A stretch of DNA of 37,053 bases from an uncultured Clostridia bacterium (GTDB lineage Bacteria; Bacillota; Clostridia; Oscillospirales; JAAYOS01): contig CAMNWZ010000002.1 in NCBI GenBank assembly GCA_946566645.1, positions 1 through 37,053 on the forward strand, given 5' to 3'. The first letter of the stretch is position 1. Each line of letters opens with the position of its first letter. Positions 1-9,501 of this stretch are shown piece by piece. The notes beneath the pieces were generated by a model, which saw only the letters and a program-made list of their open reading frames with translations, had not been told where the DNA came from and ran no database searches. A program made the translations under genes and the position numbers.

Positions 1-343
1 CCGGCTTCTTCGCCTTTAGCAGCATGTCCGCGACATCCTTGTCCGCAGCGGTCACGCCGACGGTCAGGTCGCACACGAGCACCACCACGTCCGCCGTGTC
101 TATCGCCGTGTCCGCCTGCGAGCGCATGAAAAGCAGCATCTCGTCGCCGGTGTGCGGCTCTATTCCGCCGGTGTCCACGAGGCTAAACCGACGCCCTGCC
201 CACTCGCACTCGGCGTATATGCGGTCGCGGGTCACGCCCGGCGTGTCCTCGACGATGGATATTCTCTTGCCCACCAGACGGTTGAACAGATGGCTCTTGC
301 CCACGTTCGGCCGTCCGACTATCGCTATAAGCGGTGCGCCCAT
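1..343 (-). CDS. der: GTPase Der/EngA, N-terminal part (the gene continues past the left window edge)
   Basis: Reverse-strand translation from the ATG at 341..343 gives [60 protein letters not shown]... It has the P-loop GRPNVGKS and the DTGG G3 motif. It is absent from the ORF track because it is open at the edge. The + ORFs 24..359 and 152..367 are its antisense shadows. Confidence 0.9.
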   Translation of the reverse strand, partial: MGAPLIAIVGRPNVGKSHLFNRLVGKRISIVEDTPGVTRDRIYAECEWAGRRFSLVDTGGIEPHTGDEMLLFMRSQADTAIDTADVVVLVCDLTVGVTAADKDVADMLLKAKKP

Positions 344-355
344 GCGTACTGCCTC

Positions 356-1651
356 CTAAATCCCTAAGATAGCGTCCAAAAGCTCCGCGCCGCTCGAGTT
401 TGTGCGAACGTCGCTCGGCTTCAGTTCCCGCCTCACGTCGCCGACGCTCACGTCGTCGAGGAACACGTCCTCGCCCGCGCGAAGCATTGCGGAGGGGAGT
501 ATCAGCACCCGACCATCCACCCTGCCGCGAAGCTGGTCGATGAGGTCGCCGCCGGTGACAAGTCCCGCGACGGTGATGCTCTCGCCGAAGAAGCGGTTCT
601 TTATCGCCACCACTTCGGCATCTATATTATGCCATTTTGCGCGCAAAAGGTCAATAAGTTTCACGAGTATCGGATAAAAAAGCGTGCCGGTTGCGAGGGT
701 GAACGGCTCGATTTTCTCATCGCCGCTAAGCTCGTCCAACCTTGCGGAAAACTCGTCGACAAACAGCGCAGCCATGCCAACGCCGTTTTCGAGCTGCGGG
801 AAGTCCTCGTAGTAGTCGACGTCGGGCAGCGGCTTCTCGGCGAGCAGGAATATCTCGTCCGAGCAGTAGAAGGTGCGCAGCCCGCGCGTCTCGAGACACT
901 TCTTTCCGACCGCGTCCACACGCTCTATTATGTCCAGCGCGTCCTCTTTTGTTACCGGGTCGAGCTTCGCGAGCCCGTCGCGGTATTTGGACAGTCCCAC
1001 CGGCACGATCGAGCAGCTCACAACTCCACCGAGCGCCGCGAGGTCGTCAAGCGTGCGGCTAAGCTCGTCGCGGTCGTTGTAGCCGGGGCAGAGGACTATC
1101 TGCGCGTTTATCTCCACGCCGCCGTTGCTGAGTGTCTTGAGATATTTAAGTTTCTCGCCGGCAAAGCGGTTGTTCAGCATCTTCACCCGAAGCTCGGGGT
1201 TTGTGGTGTGGACCGACACGTTTATCGGGCTTATCCGCATATCCACGATGCGCTTTATGTCGCTGTCGTCGAGGTTTGTCAGCGTGACGTAGTTGCCCTG
1301 GAGAAAGCTCAGCCGCGCGTCGTCATCCTTGAAGTAGAGCGTGTCCCGCATGCCCGGCGGCATCTGGTCGATAAAGCAGAAGACGCACTTGTTCTTACAG
1401 GAGCGCGGCTGGTCTATCAGATAGCTCTCGAACTCGACGCCGAGCGGCTCGCCGGTCTGCTTCTTGACGCGAAGCCCCATCCGCTTGCCGCCGCGCTCGA
1501 CATCTATTATGAACGACGGCTCGTACGAGTAGAAGATGAGGTCGAGCACGTCGTGTATCTCGTGTCCGTTTATCGCCTTCAGCTCGTCGCCGACCTTCAG
1601 TCCCGCCATCGCCGCGGGCGAGCGCGCGTCCACCTCGGTGACCTTCGCCAT
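356..1651 (-). CDS. PDZ-domain radical-SAM-like protein (DUF512 family)
   Basis: 431 aa. The N-terminus is PDZ-like (AMAGLKVGDELKAINGHEI), followed by a CX3CX2C motif (CKNKCVFC). GGAGG lies upstream of the ATG. It sits immediately upstream of der, as this family usually does in Clostridia. Confidence 0.85.
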   Translation of the reverse strand: MAKVTEVDARSPAAMAGLKVGDELKAINGHEIHDVLDLIFYSYEPSFIIDVERGGKRMGLRVKKQTGEPLGVEFESYLIDQPRSCKNKCVFCFIDQMPPGMRDTLYFKDDDARLSFLQGNYVTLTNLDDSDIKRIVDMRISPINVSVHTTNPELRVKMLNNRFAGEKLKYLKTLSNGGVEINAQIVLCPGYNDRDELSRTLDDLAALGGVVSCSIVPVGLSKYRDGLAKLDPVTKEDALDIIERVDAVGKKCLETRGLRTFYCSDEIFLLAEKPLPDVDYYEDFPQLENGVGMAALFVDEFSARLDELSGDEKIEPFTLATGTLFYPILVKLIDLLRAKWHNIDAEVVAIKNRFFGESITVAGLVTGGDLIDQLRGRVDGRVLILPSAMLRAGEDVFLDDVSVGDVRRELKPSDVRTNSSGAELLDAILGI

Positions 1652-1681
1652 GCCGCCGCCTCCTTTCGCTTGAAATTACGT

Positions 1682-1726
1682 CTGAAAACGCAAACAGAGG
1701 AGCGAGCAAACCGCCCTCTCCTCTGT
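1682..1726 (-). terminator. Intrinsic terminator downstream of rpmF
   Basis: On the minus strand, ACAGAGGAG (1726..1718) pairs with CTCCTCTGT (1702..1694). This 9-bp stem is followed by TTGCGTTTTC. Confidence 0.5.
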
Positions 1727-1751
1727 GCTTTGTCGAAAACTTATTTGCGGC

Positions 1752-1928
1752 TTAGACGTTCATGATCTTGCGTCCATCGTAGTACCCGCACTCCTTGCAT
1801 ACCCTGTGAGGAAGGCGTGAAGCTCCGCACTGCGGGCAGGTCACGAGATTCGGGGTAGCGAGCTTCCAGTGCGACGAACGACGCTTGTCGCGGCGAGCTT
1901 TCGATACTTTACTCTTCGGAACGGCCAT
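1752..1928 (-). CDS. rpmF: 50S ribosomal protein L32
   Basis: MAVPKSKVSKARRDKRRSSHWKL...CPQCG...CKECGYY is the typical L32 N-terminus with a zinc ribbon. I place the start at the 4th codon of the listed ORF (MAVPK). Confidence 0.92.
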   Translation of the reverse strand: MAVPKSKVSKARRDKRRSSHWKLATPNLVTCPQCGASRLPHRVCKECGYYDGRKIMNV

Positions 1929-1999
1929 GTTTTGCACCTCCTTACAGGGCGACTTGCTTTGTTTTAATGGTATATGTTACGCGCCGGGGCGCATAGCAA

Positions 2000-2524
2000 T
2001 CAGTTTTCTTCCCGCTTCATCTCGTCGAGCAGATCTTTGAGTGCCGCGAGGCGGGGGTCGGTCTCCGGCTTGCAGCCGCAGGGACCGTCGTTCAGGTTCT
2101 TGCCGCAGGTGGGGCAGACGCCCTTGCAGTCCTCACGGCAGAGGAACAGCATATCGCTCTCGAGAATCGCCGCGTCGCGTATCACCTCGTCCAGTTCGAA
2201 GGACAGGTCGGCGTCGAGCAGCACCACGTCGACGTTTGCGAAGTCGTCGGGGTTCGCGAGCTCACGCATAAGCGTGGTTTCAATGTCGAGCGCGTAGGGA
2301 GCGGTCGTGTGTTCGGCGCAGCGGGAGCAGTCGAACTCTATCTCGCCGTCCACCTCCGCCCAAAGTTCAAGCACTCCGGCGGTGTTGCGCACCTCGCCGT
2401 GTACCTCCAGAGGTTTTGTGAAAGGTTTCTGGAAATTTATCTCCAAATCGCTCAAATCTATGGTATAATCAAATGGCAGCGACCTGCCGGGGTGTTCGAT
2501 CAGCCCCGCGAGCTCCAACCTCAT
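2000..2524 (-). CDS. yceD: YceD/DUF177 family protein (large-subunit rRNA accumulation protein)
   Basis: It has the cysteine cluster CREDCKGVCPTCGKNLNDGPCGC near the C-terminus and the conserved position directly upstream of rpmF. Start taken at MRLELAGL (the internal Met of ORF 2000..2584). Confidence 0.85.
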   Translation of the reverse strand: MRLELAGLIEHPGRSLPFDYTIDLSDLEINFQKPFTKPLEVHGEVRNTAGVLELWAEVDGEIEFDCSRCAEHTTAPYALDIETTLMRELANPDDFANVDVVLLDADLSFELDEVIRDAAILESDMLFLCREDCKGVCPTCGKNLNDGPCGCKPETDPRLAALKDLLDEMKREEN

Positions 2525-2630
2525 AACTACACCTCCACACGGCGGTACGGAAAGTATTATAGCCGCAAAACCGAAATTTGTCAATAGTTTTTTGATTATT
2601 CAAGTTAGCCGAAGTTATAAGGAGAAATCT

Positions 2631-3560
2631 ATGCGAAAACTCACAGTATCGCAAAACGACGCCGACCAGCGGCTCGACCGATACCTGCGGAAAGCGTTCG
2701 GTCACGTTCCGAGCGCGACGATACAGAAGTGGCTGCGCGAGAAGCGGGTGCGGATAAACGGCGTGCGCGCTTCCGGCGACGCGCGGCTCTCGCCCGGTGA
2801 CGAGCTGTGGCTGTACATCCGCGACGAGTTTTTCGACGATGAGCCGCGCGAGGAGGACGCGTTTCTGTCGATTGAAAACCCGTCGCTCGACGTGGTGTAC
2901 GAGGACGCGCACATCATCATCTGTCTCAAGCCGTCGGGACTGCTCAGCCATCCGGACGAGCGGGAGAAGGTGAACACGCTGCTGACGCGCATACAGGCGT
3001 ATCTCTACCGCAAGGGGGAGTACGACCCGTCGGCGGACGCGACCTTCGCACCGTCGCTCTGCCATCGGATAGACCGCAACACGCGGGGGCTGGTGATAGC
3101 CGCGAAGGACGCCGAGACGCTGCGATTCTTCGAGGAACAGATACGCGAGCACCGAATCGAGAAGACCTACCGCGCGCTTGTCCACGGAGCACCGCGTCCC
3201 GCCGACGGCGCGCTCGAGAGCTACATCCTGCGCGACCGCGAGAGAAAGACGGTGAGGGTGTTCGACTCGCCGCGTCCGGGCGCGCTCTACGCAAAGACCT
3301 TCTACCGCACGGTAGAGCGTCGCGGGGACGTGACCCTCGTCGAGTGCCGCCTTGTCACCGGACGCACCCACCAGATACGCGCGCAGTTCGCGAGCATCGG
3401 CTGCCCGCTCGTAGGCGACGGCAAGTACGGCACGCTCGCGAAGGGGGAGAAGGCGGGACAGCGTCTCTGCGCCTACAAGCTGCGCTTCGCGTTCGAGCCG
3501 AGCGGCGGGACGTTCGACTATCTCGCGGGCAGGGTGTTCGAGATAGACGCGGGCTTTTGA
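2631..3560 (+). CDS. RluA-family 23S rRNA pseudouridine synthase (RluC/RluD-like)
   Basis: The N-terminus is S4-like (RLDRYLRKAF...IQKWLREKRVRINGV). The catalytic motif is HRIDRNTRGLVIAAK and the C-terminal motif is GRTHQIR. AAGGAG lies 7 nt before the ATG at 2631. Confidence 0.88.
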   Translation: MRKLTVSQNDADQRLDRYLRKAFGHVPSATIQKWLREKRVRINGVRASGDARLSPGDELWLYIRDEFFDDEPREEDAFLSIENPSLDVVYEDAHIIICLKPSGLLSHPDEREKVNTLLTRIQAYLYRKGEYDPSADATFAPSLCHRIDRNTRGLVIAAKDAETLRFFEEQIREHRIEKTYRALVHGAPRPADGALESYILRDRERKTVRVFDSPRPGALYAKTFYRTVERRGDVTLVECRLVTGRTHQIRAQFASIGCPLVGDGKYGTLAKGEKAGQRLCAYKLRFAFEPSGGTFDYLAGRVFEIDAGF

Positions 3561-3701
3561 CGGTTTGAACGACCCGCGCGAGTATTCGGGAGCATTTCGG
3601 AGCATACGCGAGCAAAACGGAGAAAAGTGCATGGTTAGCAAAAACCGGAGCGACTAAACAAAAAATAATTCGCGTTTTTTCCGACTTTTTCGTAAAAATT
3701 C

Positions 3702-3730
3702 ATTGACATTTCCCCGAATAGGGGGTATAT
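3702..3730 (+). promoter_or_regulatory. Sigma-A type promoter of the pot operon
   Basis: TTGACA (3702..3707), a 17-nt spacer, then TATATT (3725..3730), about 65 nt upstream of potA. Confidence 0.55.
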
Positions 3731-3795
3731 TGTATCTTACATGACTATGGGCTGCCATAGGTCGTGATTACTCGGGCAAACTGGGGGGCTGATAA

Positions 3796-4860
3796 ATGGC
3801 AAAAGAGCTTATACGCCTTGAGAAAGTCAGCATGGCGTATGACGGTGAGGAGGTACTCAAATCGATAGACCTGACAATCAACGATAAGGAATTTCTCACG
3901 CTGCTCGGACCGTCCGGCTGCGGCAAGACGACCACCCTTCGCATAATAGGTGGATTCGAGACGCCGAAGTCGGGAAACGTGTATTTCGACGGCGTGCGGA
4001 TTAACGACGTACCGCCGTACAAGCGGCGCGTCAATACAGTTTTTCAGCGGTACGCGCTCTTTCCGCACCTCAATGTGGCGGAGAATGTCGCCTTCGGACT
4101 GAGGGTGGCGAAGCGTCCGAAAAAGGAGATAAACGAGCGGGTGAGCGAGATGCTCGCGCTGGTGGGGCTCAGGGGATACGAGCACCGCGACGTGAGCCAG
4201 CTCTCCGGCGGACAGCAGCAGCGTGTCGCGATAGCGCGAGCGCTCGCGGTCGGACCGGAGGTGCTGCTGCTCGACGAACCGCTCGGCGCGCTCGATCTCA
4301 AGCTGCGAAAGGACATGCAGACCGAACTCAAGCGCATACAGCAGCAGGCGGGCATAACCTTCATATACGTCACCCACGATCAGGAGGAGGCGCTCACGAT
4401 GAGCGACACCGTCGTGGTGATGAACGAGGGCACGATACAGCAGATAGGCACGCCGATAGACATATACAACGAGCCGCAGAACGCGTTCGTTGCCGACTTC
4501 ATCGGCGAGAGCAACATCGTCGACGGCGTGATGCACCACGACTTCGACGTCAGCTTCGCCGGCGGACGGTTCGTCTGCGTGGACAAGGGGTTCGCGAAGG
4601 ACGAGCCGGTGGACGTGGTTATCCGACCGGAGGACATCGACTGCGTGCCCGAGAGCGAGGGAATGTGGAGCGGCACCGTCGAGTCGATAGTTTTCAAGGG
4701 CGTCCACTACGAGATACTTGTCGACTCGGGCGACGCGCGGTGGATGATACACTCGACCGACCCGCAGACGCCGGGCAGCCGCGTGGGAATGAAGATAACG
4801 CCGGACGACATACATATCATGCACAAGTCGGACGCTAAGGTCTGGGAGGAAGAAAAGTGA
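3796..4860 (+). CDS. potA: Spermidine/putrescine ABC transporter, ATP-binding subunit
   Basis: Walker [10 protein letters not shown], signature LSGGQQQR and Walker B LLLDEP, with a C-terminal TOBE-like regulatory domain. It is followed by potB, potC and potD. Confidence 0.92.
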   Translation: MAKELIRLEKVSMAYDGEEVLKSIDLTINDKEFLTLLGPSGCGKTTTLRIIGGFETPKSGNVYFDGVRINDVPPYKRRVNTVFQRYALFPHLNVAENVAFGLRVAKRPKKEINERVSEMLALVGLRGYEHRDVSQLSGGQQQRVAIARALAVGPEVLLLDEPLGALDLKLRKDMQTELKRIQQQAGITFIYVTHDQEEALTMSDTVVVMNEGTIQQIGTPIDIYNEPQNAFVADFIGESNIVDGVMHHDFDVSFAGGRFVCVDKGFAKDEPVDVVIRPEDIDCVPESEGMWSGTVESIVFKGVHYEILVDSGDARWMIHSTDPQTPGSRVGMKITPDDIHIMHKSDAKVWEEEK

Positions 4861-5780
4861 GCCGCCGCCGTCTCAACCCCGAGGCGGAGGCAGCCTCGGC
4901 GCGCGCGAAAATGCACAAAAAGCCGAAGTTCCGCCTGTCGTTTGTCGCGCTTCCCTACTGCGTCTACGCGCTGATATTCGTCGTTGTGCCGATGGTGCTC
5001 GTGCTGGTGTACAGCTTCTTCTACCACTATGAAAACGGCGGCAGTTTCGGCTTCACGTGGGAGTTTTTCGCGAGGTTCTTCAACTTCTCCGACCCGGTGT
5101 ATATGCAGGTGCTCTGGCGCTCGGTATGGATAGCGCTTGTCAGCACGCTTATCTGCCTTGTCATCGGCTATCCGATGGCGTACATACTGTCGCGGATGAA
5201 GCCGAGGATTCGCGGCATCGTCTCCTTCCTGTTCGTGCTGCCGATGTGGATGAACTTCCTGCTGCGCACCTACGCGTGGATGACGATTCTCGAGAACACC
5301 GGAATACTCAACACCGCGCTTCAGGCTATCGGACTTACCGACAAGCCGATACAGTTCATGTACTCGACCGGCTCGGTCATCTTCGGAAACGTGTACAACT
5401 TCCTTCCGTTTATGATCCTGCCGATATACAACACGCTTATAAAGCTGGATGGGAGCATGGTGGAGGCGAGCGGCGACCTGGGCGCCAGCTTCGGGCAGAC
5501 CTTCCGCCGCGTGATATTCCCGCTGTCGCTGCCGGGTGTGTCCAGCGGAATAATGATGACCTTCATGCCGGCGCTCACGACGTTTATCGTCAGCAGGCTG
5601 CTCGGCGGGTCGAAAATATCGCTCATCGGCGACACGATCGAAAAGCAGTTTTTGTCCACCGGCGACTACGGCTTCGGCTCGGCGCTGTCGGTGATACTGA
5701 TGGTGCTCACCCTGCTTGCGATGGCGGTGATGGGCAAGTACGAGAAGGAACAGTCCGCGACCGGCGGGCTGCTGATGTAG
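4857..5780 (+). CDS. potB: Spermidine/putrescine ABC transporter permease
   Basis: Polytopic membrane protein with the EAA-type loop ([27 protein letters not shown]). A GTGA overlap with the potA stop suggests coupling. The alternative start at 4911 (MHKKPKF) cannot be excluded. Confidence 0.88.
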   Translation: MSRRRLNPEAEAASARAKMHKKPKFRLSFVALPYCVYALIFVVVPMVLVLVYSFFYHYENGGSFGFTWEFFARFFNFSDPVYMQVLWRSVWIALVSTLICLVIGYPMAYILSRMKPRIRGIVSFLFVLPMWMNFLLRTYAWMTILENTGILNTALQAIGLTDKPIQFMYSTGSVIFGNVYNFLPFMILPIYNTLIKLDGSMVEASGDLGASFGQTFRRVIFPLSLPGVSSGIMMTFMPALTTFIVSRLLGGSKISLIGDTIEKQFLSTGDYGFGSALSVILMVLTLLAMAVMGKYEKEQSATGGLLM

Positions 5781-5793
5781 GGGAGGTGCGGGG

Positions 5794-6585
5794 ATGAAAC
5801 GGTTTGTCAAGGGTATGAAGGGAGCGTACAGCGCGCTCATCTTCCTGTTCCTCTACGCGCCTATCGCGGTGATGATAACCTTCTCCTTCAACGCGTCAAA
5901 GTCGCGCGGGACGTGGGGAGGTTTCTCGCTCAAGTGGTACATCGAGCTGTTCGGCGACGCTCGGATAATGCAGGCGCTCGGCAACACGCTGTTCATCGCG
6001 ATAACCGCGGCGCTGCTAGCGACGATAATCGGCACGGCGGCGGCGATAGGCATAAACGCGATGCGCCGTGTGCCGCAGGGGATAGTGATGAACGTGAGCT
6101 ATCTTCCGGTGCTGAACGCGGACATCGTCACCGGCGTAAGCCTGCTGATACTCTTTGTGTCGGTCGGCATACCGCTCGGGCGGATAAGCCTGCTGCTCGC
6201 GCACATGACCTTCAACATACCGTACGTCATACTGTCGGTCATGCCGAAGCTGAAACAGATGAACAAGCACGCCTACGAGGCGGCGCTCGACCTCGGATGC
6301 ACGCCGCTGAGCGCCATCGTCAAGGTGGTTCTGCCCGAGATAATGCCCGGCGTTGTGACCGGAGCGATACTCGCGTTCACGCTGTCGATAGACGACTTCG
6401 TCATCTCCTTCTTCACCACCGGCGCGGGGGTGGGAACGCTGTCCACCGAAATATATTCGCAGGTTCGCCGCGGCGTCAAGCCGTCGATGAACGCGCTGAG
6501 CGCGATAATGTTCGTCGTGGTGCTTATTCTGCTGATAGTCATAAACATCCGCTCGTCGAAGGACAACAGACAGGCTTCCAAGTGA
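5794..6585 (+). CDS. potC: Spermidine/putrescine ABC transporter permease
   Basis: Six-TM permease with the EAA loop (YEAALDLGCTPLSAIVKVVLPEIMPG). GGGAGG lies upstream of the ATG. Confidence 0.9.
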   Translation: MKRFVKGMKGAYSALIFLFLYAPIAVMITFSFNASKSRGTWGGFSLKWYIELFGDARIMQALGNTLFIAITAALLATIIGTAAAIGINAMRRVPQGIVMNVSYLPVLNADIVTGVSLLILFVSVGIPLGRISLLLAHMTFNIPYVILSVMPKLKQMNKHAYEAALDLGCTPLSAIVKVVLPEIMPGVVTGAILAFTLSIDDFVISFFTTGAGVGTLSTEIYSQVRRGVKPSMNALSAIMFVVVLILLIVINIRSSKDNRQASK

Positions 6586-6598
6586 ACAGGAGGAAAAG

Positions 6599-7390
6599 AT
6601 GGAAAACAAGGTAAAATTCACCGTGACCGACCTTGCGCCGAACGTATGGCAGATACACGAGGAGGGCGCGGGACAGCTCGTCGACTGCTATCTCATCGTC
6701 GGCGAGACGCGCGCGGCGCTAGTCGACTCGCTGATGAGCCGCGGCGACCGACGGCTGTACGACATCGTACGCGAGCGCACGAGCCTGCCGGTAGTCGTGC
6801 TGCACACCCACGGCCACGGCGACCACGTCGGCGCGGAGCTGAGGGAGTTCATCGACGCGGGCTGCGAGGTATGCGTCAGCGAGAAGGATTTCCCGCTGAT
6901 GGGCAGCTTCGGCGCGAAATATCCGACCGAGATATTCACCAAGCTGCGCGACGGCGACAGGTTCGACCTCGGCGGACGCACGCTCGAGGTGATAGAGCTT
7001 GCGGGTCATACGCCGGGAAGCGTCGCGTTTCTCGACCGCGAGAACCGTCAGCTTTTCAGCGGGGACACGATAGGCTCGGGTTCGATATGGATGCAGCTCG
7101 ATCACTCGACCGACCTCACCACCTTCCTTGATGGGATGAAGCGGCTCGAGTCGACGGTGGCGGGCATCGACAACCTGATGGTCTATCCCGGGCACCGCAA
7201 CCAGTCGCCGGTGCAGCTTACCGAGCGGTACATCACCGATATGCGAGAGCTTGCGGAGATGCTCGTTTCGGGCGAGATGGTCGGCGACCCGATGCAGCTC
7301 GCCGAGGGCGGCGCGCGCTTCCCGACGGCACTCGTCGCGCGGTACGGCATGGTCGGCGCGCTTGTGTACGAGCCGTCCAAGCTGAAGTGA
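6599..7390 (+). CDS. MBL-fold metallo-hydrolase
   Basis: It has the HxHxDH motif (HTHGHGDH) and downstream His/Asp ligands (GHTPGS, FSGDT, YPGH). AGGAGG lies upstream. It is embedded between potC and potD. Confidence 0.85.
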   Translation: MENKVKFTVTDLAPNVWQIHEEGAGQLVDCYLIVGETRAALVDSLMSRGDRRLYDIVRERTSLPVVVLHTHGHGDHVGAELREFIDAGCEVCVSEKDFPLMGSFGAKYPTEIFTKLRDGDRFDLGGRTLEVIELAGHTPGSVAFLDRENRQLFSGDTIGSGSIWMQLDHSTDLTTFLDGMKRLESTVAGIDNLMVYPGHRNQSPVQLTERYITDMRELAEMLVSGEMVGDPMQLAEGGARFPTALVARYGMVGALVYEPSKLK

Positions 7391-7444
7391 TTCTTAAACC
7401 CTTAGCGGTTTTTGAATATATCAAACTATTTTTGCGAAGGAGAA

Positions 7445-8548
7445 ATGTTAGAGTTGAAAAGGACAGTTGCTCTGCTGCTTATGGCGGCGCTGATGGTGGG
7501 AGTGTTCGCGGGATGCTCGAACTCGGATGCCGAGCCGAGCAAGAGTGCCGCCGAGTATCCATATCCCGAGCTTGTCGGCAGTACGCTGAACGTGTACAAC
7601 TGGGGCGACTACATCGACCCGGACGTCATCGGCATATTCGAGAAGGAGACCGGCATAAAGGTCGTGTACGACACCTTCGACTTCAACGAGTCGATGTACA
7701 CCAAGGTCAAGAACTCGAACGCAGCTTACGATGTGGTCATCCCCTCCGACTACATGATAAAGCGCATGATAGACGAGGATATGCTCGCCAAGATAGATAT
7801 GTCGAAGCTCGAGAACTACTCGAAGATAGGGGACAATTACAAGTCGCGCGAGTACGACCCGAACAACGAGTATTCGGTCGCGTACATGTGGGGAACGCTC
7901 GGCATACTCTACAACACGACGATGGTGGACGAGCCGGTGGACAGCTGGGGCGTATACTGGTCGGGCAAGTACGACAACAACGCGTTCCTCATGGACTCGG
8001 TGCGCGACACGATAGGCATGACGCTGAAGTACCTCGGCTACTCGCTGAACTCCACCTCGAAGGAGGAGCTGGACGCGGCGGAGAAGAAGCTCGCCGAGGC
8101 TGCTTCCAAGACGCTCGGATTCACCGGCGACGACGTGAAGGACAAGATGATAGCGGGCGAGGCGGCAATCGCCATGATCTACTCGGGCGACGCGGTCACC
8201 TGCATGGACCCGGAGGAGGGCAACCCCGACCTCGCGTATGCTATACCCAAGGAGGGCACCAACCTCTGGTTTGACGCGATGTGCATACTCAAGGACGCGC
8301 CGAACTACGACGCGGCGGTGAAGTTCATCGACTTCATGTGCCGTACCGACATCGCCGCGAAGAACCGCGACTACATCAACTACTCCACGCCGCAGACCGA
8401 GGTCTATGAGTCGCTCGACGACGAGATAAAGAACGACCCCGCGCAGTATCCGCCGCAGGAAGTGATGGACAAGAGCGAGGTGTTTGTCGATCTCGGCGAG
8501 TCGGTGAGCTACTACGACCACATCTGGACGAAGATAATCAACGGCTGA
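7445..8548 (+). CDS. potD: Spermidine/putrescine-binding lipoprotein
   Basis: Signal peptide with a lipobox (LLMAALMVGVFAGC) on a PotD/PotF-type periplasmic binding protein body. The start is ambiguous: ATG at 7445 or TTG at 7412. Confidence 0.88.
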   Translation: MLELKRTVALLLMAALMVGVFAGCSNSDAEPSKSAAEYPYPELVGSTLNVYNWGDYIDPDVIGIFEKETGIKVVYDTFDFNESMYTKVKNSNAAYDVVIPSDYMIKRMIDEDMLAKIDMSKLENYSKIGDNYKSREYDPNNEYSVAYMWGTLGILYNTTMVDEPVDSWGVYWSGKYDNNAFLMDSVRDTIGMTLKYLGYSLNSTSKEELDAAEKKLAEAASKTLGFTGDDVKDKMIAGEAAIAMIYSGDAVTCMDPEEGNPDLAYAIPKEGTNLWFDAMCILKDAPNYDAAVKFIDFMCRTDIAAKNRDYINYSTPQTEVYESLDDEIKNDPAQYPPQEVMDKSEVFVDLGESVSYYDHIWTKIING

Positions 8549-8549
8549 T

Positions 8550-9209
8550 ATGAGTAAGAGAGTCAGATTTATCGCGCTCACGCTTGCGGCGGCGCTGCTG
8601 CTCGCACTTCCCGCCGGGGCTTATCCCGATACGGCGGGACACTGGGCGGCGGCGGACATCGACGCGGTGACCGAGCTCGGACTGTTCGGCGGCATGGAGG
8701 ACGGCAGCTTCTCGCCTGACGCGCCGATGGATCGCTCTATGGCGGTGGTGGTGCTCTGGCGGCTCGCCGGTCGTCCCGCGTACGAGACGCCGCACGGTTT
8801 TCCGGACGCAGTCGAACGCGGATGGTATTCGACCGCACTGCGCTGGGCTAAGCGCTGCGGAATTGCCACCGGCGACGAGAAGGGATACTTCCGCCCCGCT
8901 GGCAGCGTGACCCGCGAGGAGCTGGTGACGCTTACCGTGCGCTGGCTCAGCCAGACCTATCCCGAGCGGTTCGAGGGTCAGATGAACAGTCTCGATTTCT
9001 ACGCCGCGAGCTATCTAGACCACGCGACCGAGCACTTTACCGACGCGTCGAGCGGCTCGTACTGGGCAGCGTCGGCTCTCGGCTGGGCGATAGAGACCGG
9101 CACGCTCAAGGGGGACGAGAACGGTCAGCTTCGACCGAGCGCGACCGTCACCCGAGCGGAGGCGGCGGCGATATTCGTCCGTGTCTACGACCTCTACGTC
9201 GCGGGATAA
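8550..9209 (+). CDS. Secreted protein made only of three S-layer homology (SLH) repeats
   Basis: A signal peptide (ALTLAAALLLALPAGA) is followed by three about 55-aa repeats with the SLH pattern (F.D....HWA...I......G...G..DG.F.P....TR.E). Its ATG is 1 nt after the potD stop (TGATATG). Confidence 0.8.
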   Translation: MSKRVRFIALTLAAALLLALPAGAYPDTAGHWAAADIDAVTELGLFGGMEDGSFSPDAPMDRSMAVVVLWRLAGRPAYETPHGFPDAVERGWYSTALRWAKRCGIATGDEKGYFRPAGSVTREELVTLTVRWLSQTYPERFEGQMNSLDFYAASYLDHATEHFTDASSGSYWAASALGWAIETGTLKGDENGQLRPSATVTRAEAAAIFVRVYDLYVAG

Positions 9210-9335
9210 ACGCCGGTGGCGACCGAACGCTTGACAAGCGTCTGCCGACATGATACAATAGCCATGGTCGAACGACCGATATAAACGACGAAAAGGGTGA
9301 AAAGATGCATATTTCCCGATAAAACTTCGGTTTTG

Positions 9336-9484
9336 GCAACAGTTTGAGAGGATAAGCGGCGCGTGGAGATTTCTGCGTGCCGGTGGTGTCTTGACTGTTG
9401 CGCGGGAAATCTGCATGGAAGCCTTCGATATGCCGCAAACTGCGACAAATTAGATGGACGCGGATTTTCCGCGTCCATTTTTGC
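9336..9484 (+). promoter_or_regulatory. Putative transcription-attenuation leader (alternative helices) of the ABC-F gene
   Basis: The terminator is 9454..9478 plus a U-tract. A competing helix pairs 9400..9414 with 9460..9474 (15 bp including 3 G-U). An upstream 8-bp helix pairs 9336..9343 with 9394..9401. AGATTTC (9367..9373) can pair with GAAATCT (9406..9412). Candidate uORFs are described in the findings. Confidence 0.5.
9454..9484 (+). terminator. Intrinsic terminator inside the ABC-F leader
   Basis: ATGGACGCGG (9454..9463) and CCGCGTCCAT (9469..9478) form a perfect 10-bp stem with loop ATTTT, followed by TTTTTG. It lies 8 nt upstream of the GGAGG of the ABC-F gene. Confidence 0.7.
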
Positions 9485-9501
9485 GTATTTCGGAGGTTTA
9501 T

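Noticed and set aside
9454-9501. N-terminal extension of the ABC-F ORF (MDADFPRPFLRISEVY...) starting at the ATG at 9454.
   Set aside because: This ATG is the first base of the terminator stem and has no RBS. The ATG at 9502 has GGAGG at ideal spacing and gives the canonical ABC-F N-terminus.
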